Origin: Nitrospiraceae bacterium | GTDB taxonomy: Bacteria; Nitrospirota; Nitrospiria; Nitrospirales; Nitrospiraceae | Length of the DNA: 64,000 nt | Assembly (NCBI GenBank): GCA_050246315.1 | Contig: JBFWWG010000007.1 | Location: 1-64,000 of the forward strand | Direction: 5' to 3' | Part shown: in pieces, positions 20,337 through 30,392 of the stretch | How the letters are laid out: each line of letters begins with the position of its first letter | Position numbering within the stretch: the first letter of the stretch is position 1 | The notes under the pieces: model-generated | Seen by the model: the letters and a program-made list of their open reading frames with translations, nothing else | What the model was told of the DNA's origin: nothing | Database searches by the model: none | Program-made: the position numbers and the translations under genes

Positions 20337-20690
20337 TTGAGAGGTAGCGAGATGCGGCTCCAGGCTTGGGTCCCACCGGCAACTCAATTCTCCTGGACGG
20401 CCCTGATACTGATGGTCCTGATCGTATTCTGTAGCGAATGGGTTCTGCCAACGACTCTCTGGGCGCAAGGGTCGGCACCCGTGCCTACTATCCAGCCGAG
20501 TGACGAACTGCCACCGATTCAGCGAACGGAGACGATTGCCAAGCCGCCCTTCTACAAACGCTGGTGGTTCTGGACGCTCGTGGCCGTGGTGGTGGTAGGC
20601 GGGATTGCCGCAGCGGCCGCGGGCGGAGGGGGAGACAGTGCGTCCACTCCGAGCGGAACCGTCACCGTCACGGGGGCACCTCCCCGTTGA
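20337..20690 (+). CDS. Small exported/membrane protein with PFYKRWWFW-hydrophobic-Gly-rich C-terminus
   Basis: In the operon (6 nt gap); signal-like N-terminus; start could also be the ATG at 20352. Confidence 0.7.
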   Translation: MRGSEMRLQAWVPPATQFSWTALILMVLIVFCSEWVLPTTLWAQGSAPVPTIQPSDELPPIQRTETIAKPPFYKRWWFWTLVAVVVVGGIAAAAAGGGGDSASTPSGTVTVTGAPPR

Positions 20691-20716
20691 GGAACGGACA
20701 GCAAAGGAACAGGCCC

Positions 20717-23272
20717 ATGATACTCGCGAGAACAACCGGGACAGTGGTGGGTCTCATGGTGGGAATGCTGCTCATGATGGGGGGCTGTGGCACCGAGTCG
20801 TCACCGACGGCAGGGATGGGGCAGGTCATCCTGGAACAGACGAGGGCCGTCTTCGCCAGCTCAGTCCTGCCCGGGCAAGAGGCCACTCTCGATATTGTGG
20901 GTGTGCGCACGAACATCCCGATGACGGTCAATCCAGACGGGAGCGTCACCGCCACAGTTGACGGAGTCCCCGCAGGTACCTGGACCTTCCGGGTCACCTA
21001 TCGTGCCGGGAGTGGAAGCGCCCGTTATGTGATCGCCGAAGCCAGCGCGGTCGGGACGGTTGTGGCCAATGCGACTACCGTCGTCAGGCTCACCACACTT
21101 ACTAATCTAGGCGCCCCCGCCACCGCCATCACCGCCAAGTCATCCCACGTCTGCGCGTCCTTAGCCGACGGATTGGTGTCCTGCTGGGGAGACAACAACT
21201 TTGGCCAACTCGGAAATGGGACCATGGAGCCATCCTCCAGCCCCGTGCCGGTCATCGGGCTCAGCGCCCCCGCAACCGGTGTCGCCGCTGGGGCCAACCA
21301 TAGTTGCGCCCTCTTGACCGGCGGGACCGTGGCCTGTTGGGGAGCCAACTTCGATGGCCAGCTCGGAAATGGGACTACTACCCCATCGGCCAGCCCGGTA
21401 ACGGTCACCGGGCTCAGCGCCCCCGTGACCGCCATCGCCGCCGGCTTCACCTACACCTGCGCGCTCTTGACCAGCGGGACCGTCTCCTGCTGGGGAGCCA
21501 ACGGCTCTGGCCAGCTCGGGAACGGCACCACCATGAGATCCTCGATCCCCGTGGCAGTTGTGAATTCCAACGGGGCTACGTTGACCGGCGTGACCGTCAT
21601 CGCCGCCGGGAGCAACCACACCTGCGCGCTCTTGACGGACGGGACCGTGGCTTGTTGGGGAGCCACCTTCGATGGCCAGCTGGGGAATGGGACCACCACC
21701 CCATCGTCGAACCCCGTGACGGTGACCGGGCTCACGACTGCGATCGCCGTCGCCGCTGGCGGCAGCCATAGCTGCGCGCTCTTGACCGGCGGGACCGTGG
21801 CCTGTTGGGGAGCCAACTTCGATGGCCAGCTCGGAAATGGGACTACTACCCCATCGGCCAGCCCGGTAACGGTCACCGGGCTCAGCGCCCCCGTGACCGC
21901 CATCGCCGCCGGCTTTGCGCACACCTGCGCCGTCTTGACCGGCGGGACCGTCTCCTGCTGGGGAGTCAACGGCTCTGGCCAGCTCGGGAACGGCACCACC
22001 ATGAGATCCTCGAGCCCCGTGACGGTAACCGGGCTCGCGACCGCGGTCGACATTACCGCTGGGAGTTTCAACAGTTGCGCGCGCTTGGACGACGGGACCG
22101 TGGCCTGCTGGGGAGCCAACTCCGACGGCCAGCTCGGGAACGGCACCACCATGAGATCCTCGAGCCCCGTGGCAGTTGTGAATTCCAATGGGGCTACGTT
22201 GACCGGCGTGACCGTCATCGCTGCCGGGAGCAACCACACCTGCGCGCTCTTGACGGACGGGACCGTGGCCTGCTGGGGAGCCAACGGATCCGGACAACTG
22301 GGAAACGGGACCACCACGAGCTCCTCTATCCCCGTGTCGGTCGCCGGGCTTACCACGGCGACGGCCGTCGCCGCTGGGGGCAACCATAGCTGCGCGCTCT
22401 TGACCGGCGGGACCGTGGCCTGTTGGGGAGCCAACTTCGATGGCCAGCTCGGAAATGGGACTACTACCCCATCGGCCAGCCCGGTAGCGGTCACCGGGCT
22501 CAGCGCCCCCGTGACCGCCATCGCCGCCGGCTTCAGCCATAGCTGCGCGCGCTTGATCGGCGGGAACGTAGCCTGTTGGGGAGCCAACTCCGACGGCCAG
22601 CTCGGGAACGGGACCACCACCTCATCGTCCAGCCCCGTGCCAGTCGCCGGGCTCGCGCCTGCGCTGGAGGTCGCCGCTGGGGGCAGCCATAGCTGCGCGC
22701 GCTTGAGTCCAACGACTGTGTCCTGCTGGGGAGCCAACGGCTTTGGCCAGCTCGGGAACGGGACCACCACCTCATCGTCCAGCCCCGTGCCAGTCACCGG
22801 GCTCAGCGCCCAGGTGTTCGCCATCGCCGCCGGCCTCAACCACAGCTGCGCGCGCTTGGGTCCAACAACTGTGTCCTGCTGGGGAGCCAACGACTCCGGC
22901 CAGCTGGGGAACGGGACCAGCACCGCATCCTCAAGCCCTGTGACGGTCTTTAATCTCGTGGGCGTAACGGGCGTGTCCACCCTCGATTCTGGCGATGCAC
23001 ACAACTGCGCCAGACTGAACAGCGGAACCGTTCGATGCTGGGGGAGCAATCTCTCCGGCCAGTTAGGTGACGAGACCAGGGATACATCTTTCATCCCGGT
23101 GATGGTTACCGGGCTCACGACTGCGACTGCCGTCGCCGCAGGGAATTCCCACAGCTGCGCGCGCTTGGCCAGCGGAACTGTATCCTGCTGGGGAGCCAAC
23201 GGATCCGGACAACTGGGAAACGGGGTCCTCCTCGTGAGCCCTCTGCCTGTCCAAGTAGTCGGGATACCGTAA
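20717..23272 (+). CDS. RCC1/BLIP-II repeat lipoprotein (14 repeats)
   Basis: ATG at 20717; lipobox MGGC; 14 copies of CWGxNxxGQLG(N/D). Confidence 0.92.
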   Translation: MILARTTGTVVGLMVGMLLMMGGCGTESSPTAGMGQVILEQTRAVFASSVLPGQEATLDIVGVRTNIPMTVNPDGSVTATVDGVPAGTWTFRVTYRAGSGSARYVIAEASAVGTVVANATTVVRLTTLTNLGAPATAITAKSSHVCASLADGLVSCWGDNNFGQLGNGTMEPSSSPVPVIGLSAPATGVAAGANHSCALLTGGTVACWGANFDGQLGNGTTTPSASPVTVTGLSAPVTAIAAGFTYTCALLTSGTVSCWGANGSGQLGNGTTMRSSIPVAVVNSNGATLTGVTVIAAGSNHTCALLTDGTVACWGATFDGQLGNGTTTPSSNPVTVTGLTTAIAVAAGGSHSCALLTGGTVACWGANFDGQLGNGTTTPSASPVTVTGLSAPVTAIAAGFAHTCAVLTGGTVSCWGVNGSGQLGNGTTMRSSSPVTVTGLATAVDITAGSFNSCARLDDGTVACWGANSDGQLGNGTTMRSSSPVAVVNSNGATLTGVTVIAAGSNHTCALLTDGTVACWGANGSGQLGNGTTTSSSIPVSVAGLTTATAVAAGGNHSCALLTGGTVACWGANFDGQLGNGTTTPSASPVAVTGLSAPVTAIAAGFSHSCARLIGGNVACWGANSDGQLGNGTTTSSSSPVPVAGLAPALEVAAGGSHSCARLSPTTVSCWGANGFGQLGNGTTTSSSSPVPVTGLSAQVFAIAAGLNHSCARLGPTTVSCWGANDSGQLGNGTSTASSSPVTVFNLVGVTGVSTLDSGDAHNCARLNSGTVRCWGSNLSGQLGDETRDTSFIPVMVTGLTTATAVAAGNSHSCARLASGTVSCWGANGSGQLGNGVLLVSPLPVQVVGIP
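21311..22533 (+). repeat. Near-identical intragenic DNA repeats within the RCC1 gene
   Basis: ~135-nt block at 21311, 21779 and 22397; ~100-nt block at 21551 and 22169. Confidence 0.9.
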
Positions 23273-23466
23273 GAGGGTGGGCGTCACCGCTGCCGGTGTG
23301 ACTGTTGGCTGCCGGCTGGCGTCGCCCACCGTTGCGTTCGGCTCAACAATGGTGTTGTCGGATCTGGGTTCAAAATATTCGCGGCCAGTTCGGCAACGGG
23401 CCCACACAAGGAGTCTCTGCCGCTCCGGTGCAGGTGAAAGGTCTCCAAGCAGTTTTTCAGGACGCG

Positions 23467-23781
23467 TTACCATAGGCACCGGACCTCAATACCCCCGTCA
23501 CCACCCGGGCGGGAGGCGGCTTCTGCCGCGACAGAGGCCGATGTTCGACGGCGCGTGTGTGATCGGCCGGCAGGCTGATTCTGGTCGGCCGCCCAATCCC
23601 CCACCCGATACCGCATTCGCCGAGGACGCTCGGCATCCCCTTCCGGTTCGCACAGGATCTCTTCGATCACCTCGCCGCAGCCGGCACAATGCCACACCGT
23701 CACGCGCAGCGTGAGGTGCTCATCGAAACTGTCAAACGCCGGGTCTGGAACCATGGTTTCGCGGCACTGGTCACAACGCAT
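23467..23781 (-). CDS. Small zinc-ribbon protein (CxxC...CxxC)
   Basis: MRCDQC..WHCAGCGEVIE; GGAGG RBS. Confidence 0.75.
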   Translation of the reverse strand: MRCDQCRETMVPDPAFDSFDEHLTLRVTVWHCAGCGEVIEEILCEPEGDAERPRRMRYRVGDWAADQNQPAGRSHTRRRTSASVAAEAASRPGGDGGIEVRCLW

Positions 23782-23973
23782 CGAGACCTCCTCCGATTCC
23801 GATGGAGGTTGGTCAGAGCGACACCCGAATGCTTACAGAGGGCATGGCGTCGCCGAGTGAGGCTGGATTACCGGATTCCTACAGGAACGAAGGCTGATCG
23901 CGGGCGGGAACCACTCAAAAGATTGGATATTGGTCTTTTTCTACATGTCATTTCAAAACGCTCACGACCGTGC

Positions 23974-24117
23974 GGTTCGGCTTCGCTCACGATGGGCCTC
24001 GACAAGCCGGTCCTGAGCAGTCTCGAAGGGCTCAACACGAACGGAGAAGCAGAATGTGTTCATGAGCACATCCGTTCGCCCTGAGCCGGTCGAAGCCTGC
24101 GGTGAGTGCATCGAACC
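23974..24117. repeat. Nested REP-like palindromic cluster
   Basis: GGTTCG..CGAACC outer arms; GCTCAACACGAACGG..CCGTTCGCCCTGAGCCGGTCGAAG; nested CCTGAGCAGTCTCGAAGGG. Confidence 0.7.
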
Positions 24118-24145
24118 GGGTGAACGGATGGTTTTGAAATGACTC

Positions 24146-24508
24146 CTACTGCTGTGCCTGCGCGTGCTCGATTTTGGAAACATGGGACCGGCAGGCCGTC
24201 GCCAACTCGCGCGGGTCCGCAGCGAGGCGCGTCGGCGGCTTCTCGACATACCGGTCAAGCGGGGAAGGAAGAAAGGTCGTACGGTCCGACTCGTGCAAGA
24301 CCGCTTGGTGAAGGAAATCCGCCTGACGGCGGGCCGTATCCAAATCCCGGCTGGTCATGCAACGCGTATAGGCCTTCCACAGATGATCAAACTGCGGGGG
24401 TTCGATCGCCGTCCCCTGGGTGGAGGGAGATGACGTGTGACAGCCCGCGGCTACACAGAGCGCCAACACCAACCACCATTCCGATTTCGGAATTCTGCTG
24501 CGTGCCAT
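24146..24508 (-). CDS. Hypothetical lipoprotein
   Basis: ATG at 24508; MARSRIPK..LVLALCVAAGC lipobox; two further Cys. Confidence 0.7.
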   Translation of the reverse strand: MARSRIPKSEWWLVLALCVAAGCHTSSPSTQGTAIEPPQFDHLWKAYTRCMTSRDLDTARRQADFLHQAVLHESDRTTFLPSPLDRYVEKPPTRLAADPRELATACRSHVSKIEHAQAQQ

Positions 24509-24669
24509 GAGTTCGCCTGGAGATTGTGATCGACTCGTGAGGCGTTTCTGAGTATCACATCCGGGCGACCAGCGCAAGAGCGACGATGCACGACAAGCCT
24601 GCCAACAAGTTCTACACGACACGACCTCGCGGCGCGGCGGTCAGTGCCGCGCGCTTAGGATCGGTAGGA

Positions 24670-26739
24670 TCACCGGTTTGCCGGTTTCGTTCTGATCGTG
24701 CCGGCCATTTTCTGTGGTCTGGCAGGTCGGGCAGCACGAGGCGGAGACAAATCTTCGAGCAACACCCGCAATGGTTCAGCCACCGACCAGGCCTGGGCCA
24801 CACAACCACGAGCCAGATGCGGCGGGGCTGCGTCGAAGATTTCCGAAACCTGACCGAGGCAGGATTCCTCCAGATGTCGCTCCAGGCCCTGGAGCAGCTT
24901 CCGGCCCCGCCGCCTCGTCGCTTCGCTGCGATCATGGACCTTCACCCACGCCGTCATGAACGGGCCAAGTAGAAAGGGCCAGACGGTCCCTTGATGGTAC
25001 GCTCCGTCCCGTTCGAACACTCCTCCTTCATAGCGGGCACGGTACTGTGGGTCATGTGCGGCCAGCGTGCGTAGACCGACCGGGGTTAGCAGACGATCCT
25101 CAACGATGCGCACGACGCGCCGTTGCTGCTCCTTGGTCAACAGCTTGTCGGTCAAGGCCGCTGCGTAGATTTGATTCGGCCTGAGCGAAGCGTCGTCCCC
25201 GCCTTCGCCATCGACCACATCGTAGAGATACCTCCCCTCCTCGTACCAAAACCTGGACCGGAACGATCTGGTCGCCAGCGCACAGTCCCGACGACAACGG
25301 GCGGCAAATTCCGGCTCGCCGAACTTCATCCCCCACAACGCGCCTACTTCAAGCGTCCGGACCCAGAGGGCCTGAATCTCGACCGGTTTGCCGCGACGCG
25401 GGGTCACGACCCAATCGCCGACCTTGGCATCCATCCAGGTGAGCTGAACTCCCGGCGCGCCTCCGGTAATCAGTCCATCCACATCCATTCTGATGCCATA
25501 CCTGGTGCCCGTTCGATAGCCATCGATGATCTGCTTGACCGCAGGCCAGGCCACGAGCCGGACGAACTCCTCGTCCTTGGAGTAGAAGAGATAGCGGTCC
25601 GCTGCATGGACATACCAGAGGGAGGCATCGATCGTGTTGTACTCGGGTTCTTCGCCGGCGTCGGGGAACCGATTCGGGATCATGCCTTGTGACACGTGTG
25701 CGGCAAATGCCTGTAACACCTGTCGCGCGGTGCCATACCGCCCCGTCACCAAGCAGAGGCCAGGCAGCGAAATGAAAGCGTCCCGTCCCCAATCGGTAAA
25801 CCAGGGATAGCCGGCGATGACCGTCTGTTGCTCGCCTCGTGCGACGAGAAACGCTTCGGTTGCGCACCAGAGCGCTTCTACCAACCGATCCCCCTTCGGG
25901 GCCTCGCTCGTAACCAGTTCCCTGCGGCGCCGCTCTCTCTCCAGCAGTTCGGGTACTTCCAGCGCTTCACCGTCCTCGATGGTGAACGCCAGCCACGCCT
26001 GGCCGGCATCGCTGACGTCAAAGCGGAACTCCCCCGGCGACCACCAATCCTCCTCTCCATCGAGGCCACGCGCCTGTTCGACCGGAAACTGCACACGGTA
26101 AAACCACTCCGGTTGATGAAAATATTTACCGCCATGGTGCGCGTTGACAGACGGAAGGTCAGGATACGGACGCCAGGATACCCGTTCTTTCCCAACAGCA
26201 GCCTCAGATTGCAGCACTGAATTGGCATGATGCGTCGCATGATAGTCGCGACCGGACAGCATCGGGCGCACTCTCAAAACGGCGTTGCGAGGGCCCTTCG
26301 CCGCCCGCCAACGGACAACGACCAGATCTCTTCCTCGGATGCAAACGATTTCTCTGGTCATTCGAATTCCGGCAAGGTCGTAGGTCCAGGTCGGCCAAGG
26401 GTCCGTGGTAAAGCCGGTGCAGTATCGATACCCGTCGGGATGCACGGCCCCTGGATAGAGCGTGGACGACAAAGGCAAGTGGCTCTCACCGACCACCACC
26501 CACTCTTCAAGATGGTTGACGAGCGCGACCCGATCGACCGGCGGTCGTCGAGCAGCCAACAGGAGCGCATGGTACCGGCGCGTATTGGGTCCTGCCACCG
26601 TCCCGGAAGCAAACCCGCCACGGCCGTCGGTTTCGAGCCATTCGAGGCCGAGCGATCGCTGAAGGTCTTGGCAGTCCGTCGCCGCGATTCGCGTGATCTT
26701 CACCAGGTCACCTTGGCATCCCGTTGGTGCTGCAGCCAA
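24670..26739 (-). CDS. Amylo-alpha-1,6-glucosidase / glycogen debranching enzyme
   Basis: EWLETDGRGGFASGT, IAGYPWFTDWGRD, TWMDAK, LRPNQ, YHQGTVWP, QAWSVAE; start uncertain. Confidence 0.93.
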   Translation of the reverse strand: MAAAPTGCQGDLVKITRIAATDCQDLQRSLGLEWLETDGRGGFASGTVAGPNTRRYHALLLAARRPPVDRVALVNHLEEWVVVGESHLPLSSTLYPGAVHPDGYRYCTGFTTDPWPTWTYDLAGIRMTREIVCIRGRDLVVVRWRAAKGPRNAVLRVRPMLSGRDYHATHHANSVLQSEAAVGKERVSWRPYPDLPSVNAHHGGKYFHQPEWFYRVQFPVEQARGLDGEEDWWSPGEFRFDVSDAGQAWLAFTIEDGEALEVPELLERERRRRELVTSEAPKGDRLVEALWCATEAFLVARGEQQTVIAGYPWFTDWGRDAFISLPGLCLVTGRYGTARQVLQAFAAHVSQGMIPNRFPDAGEEPEYNTIDASLWYVHAADRYLFYSKDEEFVRLVAWPAVKQIIDGYRTGTRYGIRMDVDGLITGGAPGVQLTWMDAKVGDWVVTPRRGKPVEIQALWVRTLEVGALWGMKFGEPEFAARCRRDCALATRSFRSRFWYEEGRYLYDVVDGEGGDDASLRPNQIYAAALTDKLLTKEQQRRVVRIVEDRLLTPVGLRTLAAHDPQYRARYEGGVFERDGAYHQGTVWPFLLGPFMTAWVKVHDRSEATRRRGRKLLQGLERHLEESCLGQVSEIFDAAPPHLARGCVAQAWSVAEPLRVLLEDLSPPRAARPARPQKMAGTIRTKPANR

Positions 26740-26766
26740 GATGGCTGTATCAGTGCTGAGACATCG

Positions 26767-29463
26767 TCATTCCCCTGACTGCTGGATCAGCTTGGCCACA
26801 AGGCCCGTCCAGCCCGTCTGGTGACAGGCCCCGACACCCGCTCCATTGTCCCCATGGAGGTATTCATAAAATAAAATGAGGTCGCGCCAATGGGGATCGG
26901 TCTGGAAAAGGTCCGTGCCGCCGTACACGGGCCGTTGCCCGTTGCCGTCCCGTAGAAAGGTCCTCACCAGTCGCCGCGACAGATCCCCCGCCACCTCCCA
27001 GAGACTCATCAGATGTCCCGATCCGGTGGGGCACTCGACCTTGAATTGATCGCCCAGGAAGTAATGGAACTTCTGCAGGGACTCGACCAGCAGATAGTTC
27101 ACCGGGAACCAGACCGGACCCCGCCAATTCGAATTCCCCCCGAACAGGCCCGTGCTCGACTCCGCCGGTTCATAATCGACCCGGTGCTCCATGTCCATCG
27201 TGGAGAAGATGTAGGGGTGCTCGCGATGATACTGCGACAGTGCCCGTACACCGTGCGGAGAGAGAAATTCCCGCTCATCCAGCATGTAGCGCAGGACCTT
27301 CTTCAGGCGACTCCGATTGACCAACGACAAGAACCGCCGGACTCCTCCATCCTCGGTTTGCGTCTCCACGTGCGAGGCGAAGTCAGGCCGGTTCTCCATG
27401 AACCATTGCATGCGATGCTTAAAGCGCGGCAACCGGTCGATGAGTTCGGAGTCCAGCGTCTCGACGGCAAAGAGTGGAATCAAACCGACCATCGACCGGA
27501 CCTTCAACGGCAGGCTCCGCCCGTCCGGCAAATGGAGGACGTCATAAAAAAATCCGTCCTCCTTGTTCCAGAGTTCGATTTTCTCGCCGCCGATATTGTT
27601 CATCGCGCGGCAGATGTAAACGAAATGCTCGAAAAACTTGCTCGCTACGTCCTCATAGGCCCGGTTGTCGCGCGCCAACTCCAGCGCGATCGCCAGCATG
27701 TTCAGACAGTACATGCCCATCCAACTCGTGGCGTCGGACTGTTCGATATGGCCTCCGGTGGGAAGCGGCGCGCTGCGATCAAACACACCGATGTTGTCCA
27801 ACCCGAGGAATCCGCCCTGGAAAATGTTCTTGCCTTCTGCGTCCTTCCGATTCACCCACCAGGTGAAATTCAACAACAGTTTGTGGAAGACACGCTCCAA
27901 AAAGGTCCGGTCTCCTACCTCCGTTCGCCTCTTTTCGATTTTGTACACGCGCCAGGCCGCCCAGGCATGCACGGGCGGATTGACATCCCCCAACGCCCAC
28001 TCGTATGCGGGAATTTGCCCGTTTGGATGCATGTACCATTCGCGCAACATCAGGATGAGCTGATCCTTGGCGAATTTCGGATCGACCAAGGCGAGCGGAA
28101 TACAATGGAAGGCCAGATCCCAGACTGCATACCAGGGGTACTCCCATTTATCGGGCATCGAGATCACATCTGCATTGTAGAGATGCGTCCAATCGGAGTT
28201 GCGCCCCTTGAGCCGGCTCGCGGGCGGTTCGGGCCCGGCAGGATCGCCTTTCAACCACCGTGCGAGGTCATAGTGATAAAACTGCTTGCTCCAGAGGAGA
28301 CCGGCAAAGGCCTGGCGTTGAACCCGCTTCGCGTCATCGGACAGGTCGGGCGGCGCCAGATGCGAATAGAATTCGTCCGCCTCAACCCTTCTCTGGGCCA
28401 GGGTGGTCGTGAAGAATTCGTCGGTCACGGTCTCATTGGATGATTGATCGGTGAACCACAAGCGGATCGTTTTCGATTCACCGGCCCCCAACGCAAGCGT
28501 ATAGTGAGCGGCCACTTTGGAACCCACGTGGTCGGGATTCACCGCGTCTTTCCTCCCCAGCACCACATAGTCGTTGATCCCGTCCTTGGCATACCGGGGT
28601 CCGTCTTCATCTCCCCAGAGAAGTCTGCTGTTGGTCTCGTTCTCCGTGAACAACAGCGGGGGCGATCCCTGGCAGAGGAGACGGCGAAAGCCATAGTGGT
28701 CATGGGTCAGCTCGACTACGCTCATCCCACGGATCGAATTGCCGAGTCGGAGGCGTGGGCGGCGCTCATCCAACCCCCATGACCATGTATTTCTGAACCA
28801 CAGTGTCGGGAGAACCGTAATTTCGGACGGTTCAGGCCCTCGATTCACCACCTCGATCTGGACCAACAACTCTTCTGGAGAGGCCTTGGCATACTCCACC
28901 GCCACATCAAAATACCGGTTGTTTCGAAACACGCCCGTATCCATCAGCTCGAACTCCGGCTCGTGGCGTCCACGTCGTCGATTCTCCTCGATCAGACGGG
29001 CGTAGGGATACTCTGACTGAGAATACTTATAGAGCCATTTCATGTAGGAGTGGGTGGGAGTGGAATCCAGGTAGAAGTAGTACTCCTTGACGTCCTCTCC
29101 GTGGTTTCCCTCGTTGCCTGTCAACCCAAAGGCCCGTTCCTTCAGCATCGAATCGCAGCCGTTCCACAGGGCCAGCGCGAAACAGATCCGTTGATGGCGA
29201 TCACAGATTCCCGCCAGCCCATCTTCATTCCAGCGATAGGCGCGGGAACGGGCGTGATCGTGGGGGAAATGCTCCCACGCCCTCCCATCCGAACTATAAT
29301 CCTCCCGGACCGTCCCCCAGGCCCTCTCGCTCAGGTACGGACCCCACCGCTTCCAGTGTTTGGTCCGTTCTCCATCCTCTATCAGGCGGAGACCCTCCGC
29401 CGTCTGACCGGTCGAGAAAACGGAATCAGTCTGATGCTCCTTCTTCATCGGTTGCTCCATCAA
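26767..29463 (-). CDS. GH63-like (MGH1-like) glycoside hydrolase
   Basis: [51 protein letters not shown]. Confidence 0.93.
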   Translation of the reverse strand: MMEQPMKKEHQTDSVFSTGQTAEGLRLIEDGERTKHWKRWGPYLSERAWGTVREDYSSDGRAWEHFPHDHARSRAYRWNEDGLAGICDRHQRICFALALWNGCDSMLKERAFGLTGNEGNHGEDVKEYYFYLDSTPTHSYMKWLYKYSQSEYPYARLIEENRRRGRHEPEFELMDTGVFRNNRYFDVAVEYAKASPEELLVQIEVVNRGPEPSEITVLPTLWFRNTWSWGLDERRPRLRLGNSIRGMSVVELTHDHYGFRRLLCQGSPPLLFTENETNSRLLWGDEDGPRYAKDGINDYVVLGRKDAVNPDHVGSKVAAHYTLALGAGESKTIRLWFTDQSSNETVTDEFFTTTLAQRRVEADEFYSHLAPPDLSDDAKRVQRQAFAGLLWSKQFYHYDLARWLKGDPAGPEPPASRLKGRNSDWTHLYNADVISMPDKWEYPWYAVWDLAFHCIPLALVDPKFAKDQLILMLREWYMHPNGQIPAYEWALGDVNPPVHAWAAWRVYKIEKRRTEVGDRTFLERVFHKLLLNFTWWVNRKDAEGKNIFQGGFLGLDNIGVFDRSAPLPTGGHIEQSDATSWMGMYCLNMLAIALELARDNRAYEDVASKFFEHFVYICRAMNNIGGEKIELWNKEDGFFYDVLHLPDGRSLPLKVRSMVGLIPLFAVETLDSELIDRLPRFKHRMQWFMENRPDFASHVETQTEDGGVRRFLSLVNRSRLKKVLRYMLDEREFLSPHGVRALSQYHREHPYIFSTMDMEHRVDYEPAESSTGLFGGNSNWRGPVWFPVNYLLVESLQKFHYFLGDQFKVECPTGSGHLMSLWEVAGDLSRRLVRTFLRDGNGQRPVYGGTDLFQTDPHWRDLILFYEYLHGDNGAGVGACHQTGWTGLVAKLIQQSGE

Positions 29464-29517
29464 TTGAGAGAGGTTGCGCCTACTCTAAGCTCTCTTTTAT
29501 CGGCATTCCAGACCAGC

Positions 29518-29758
29518 AGCCCACATTATTCATGAGTCCACATTATTCATGAGTATCTGCTGCCTTGACCCAGATCAACACAAGAGCACCGAGACCCCCG
29601 ACGGTGATAAGCCCGGCCAGTCGAAGGGATTTCTCCGGCGGCGACAATAAAGAGGGGCTCGGCCCGATAAGCCGCCGGAGAGTTCCTTCGACTATCCGGG
29701 CTTGTCGTAGCGGGAAATCCGCGATCGCCGCAGAAGCGTTCATGAATAATGCGGGCTA
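29518..29758. repeat. Family-1 (ERIC-like) element with duplicated left end and internal long hairpin
   Basis: 17-nt tandem CCACATTATTCATGAGT x2 (29521-29554); right ~55 nt nearly identical to the copy at 17417; stem 29606-29706. Confidence 0.85.
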
Positions 29759-30047
29759 GCTGCCGAACTTGAGCGGCGTCTCTTGATTCACGACCGAGAC
29801 AAGAACTGCGTGCAGGGTTACCGACTTCCCATGCACGATGGCTATTCCTATCACTGGCAGAGCATTTTTCTAACTGTCACCGGTTGGTCATGAATCGTCG
29901 GACAGTCTTACAAGGCGGGACACTGCCTGCTCGATGGAGCAGGATTCGTTCAACGGGAAGAGAGCTGGCAGAACGGGACGGTTAGGTCTCTGCTTCGCAC
30001 GGCAACAGGTGGAGGCTCAGGAACGAGAGGGGATCGCGTGCGGATGG

Positions 30048-30233
30048 TCAACTCCAGGTGACGTGGTCCTGGTTCAGCAGGTAATCGATGACTTCGATGC
30101 TGTCGCGCATCTGGTTTTGGGCCTTCTCGGACATCGGGACCACAGCGCCCACCAATTTGCCGCCCTCAAGTTCATCCAGCGACGGCATGTGCTGAAAACG
30201 AGATTTCTCGAGATCCGATCGGTAACTCGCCAC
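30048..30233 (-). CDS. Small hypothetical protein (61 aa)
   Basis: GGAGG upstream of the GTG; protein-like composition; fills an intergenic gap. Confidence 0.5.
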   Translation of the reverse strand: MASYRSDLEKSRFQHMPSLDELEGGKLVGAVVPMSEKAQNQMRDSIEVIDYLLNQDHVTWS

Positions 30234-30392
30234 CCTTCGCCTCCCGGCAACGGTCCCCCAACGAATTTGGGTTGAACCGGCTTGCTTATCTCGGTTGGGT
30301 TGAAGCCTTGACTAAGCATAGCACAGGGAATTCACATCGTGTGCCAATGATATAAGATGCCGGATTCCAAGATTAAATCGAGTCAAAACCGA

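Noticed and set aside
21161..23199. Long minus-strand ORFs (582 and 459 aa)
   Set aside because: Antisense shadows of the GC-rich RCC1 repeat gene
27013..28443. 476-aa plus-strand ORF
   Set aside because: Antisense shadow of the GH63 gene
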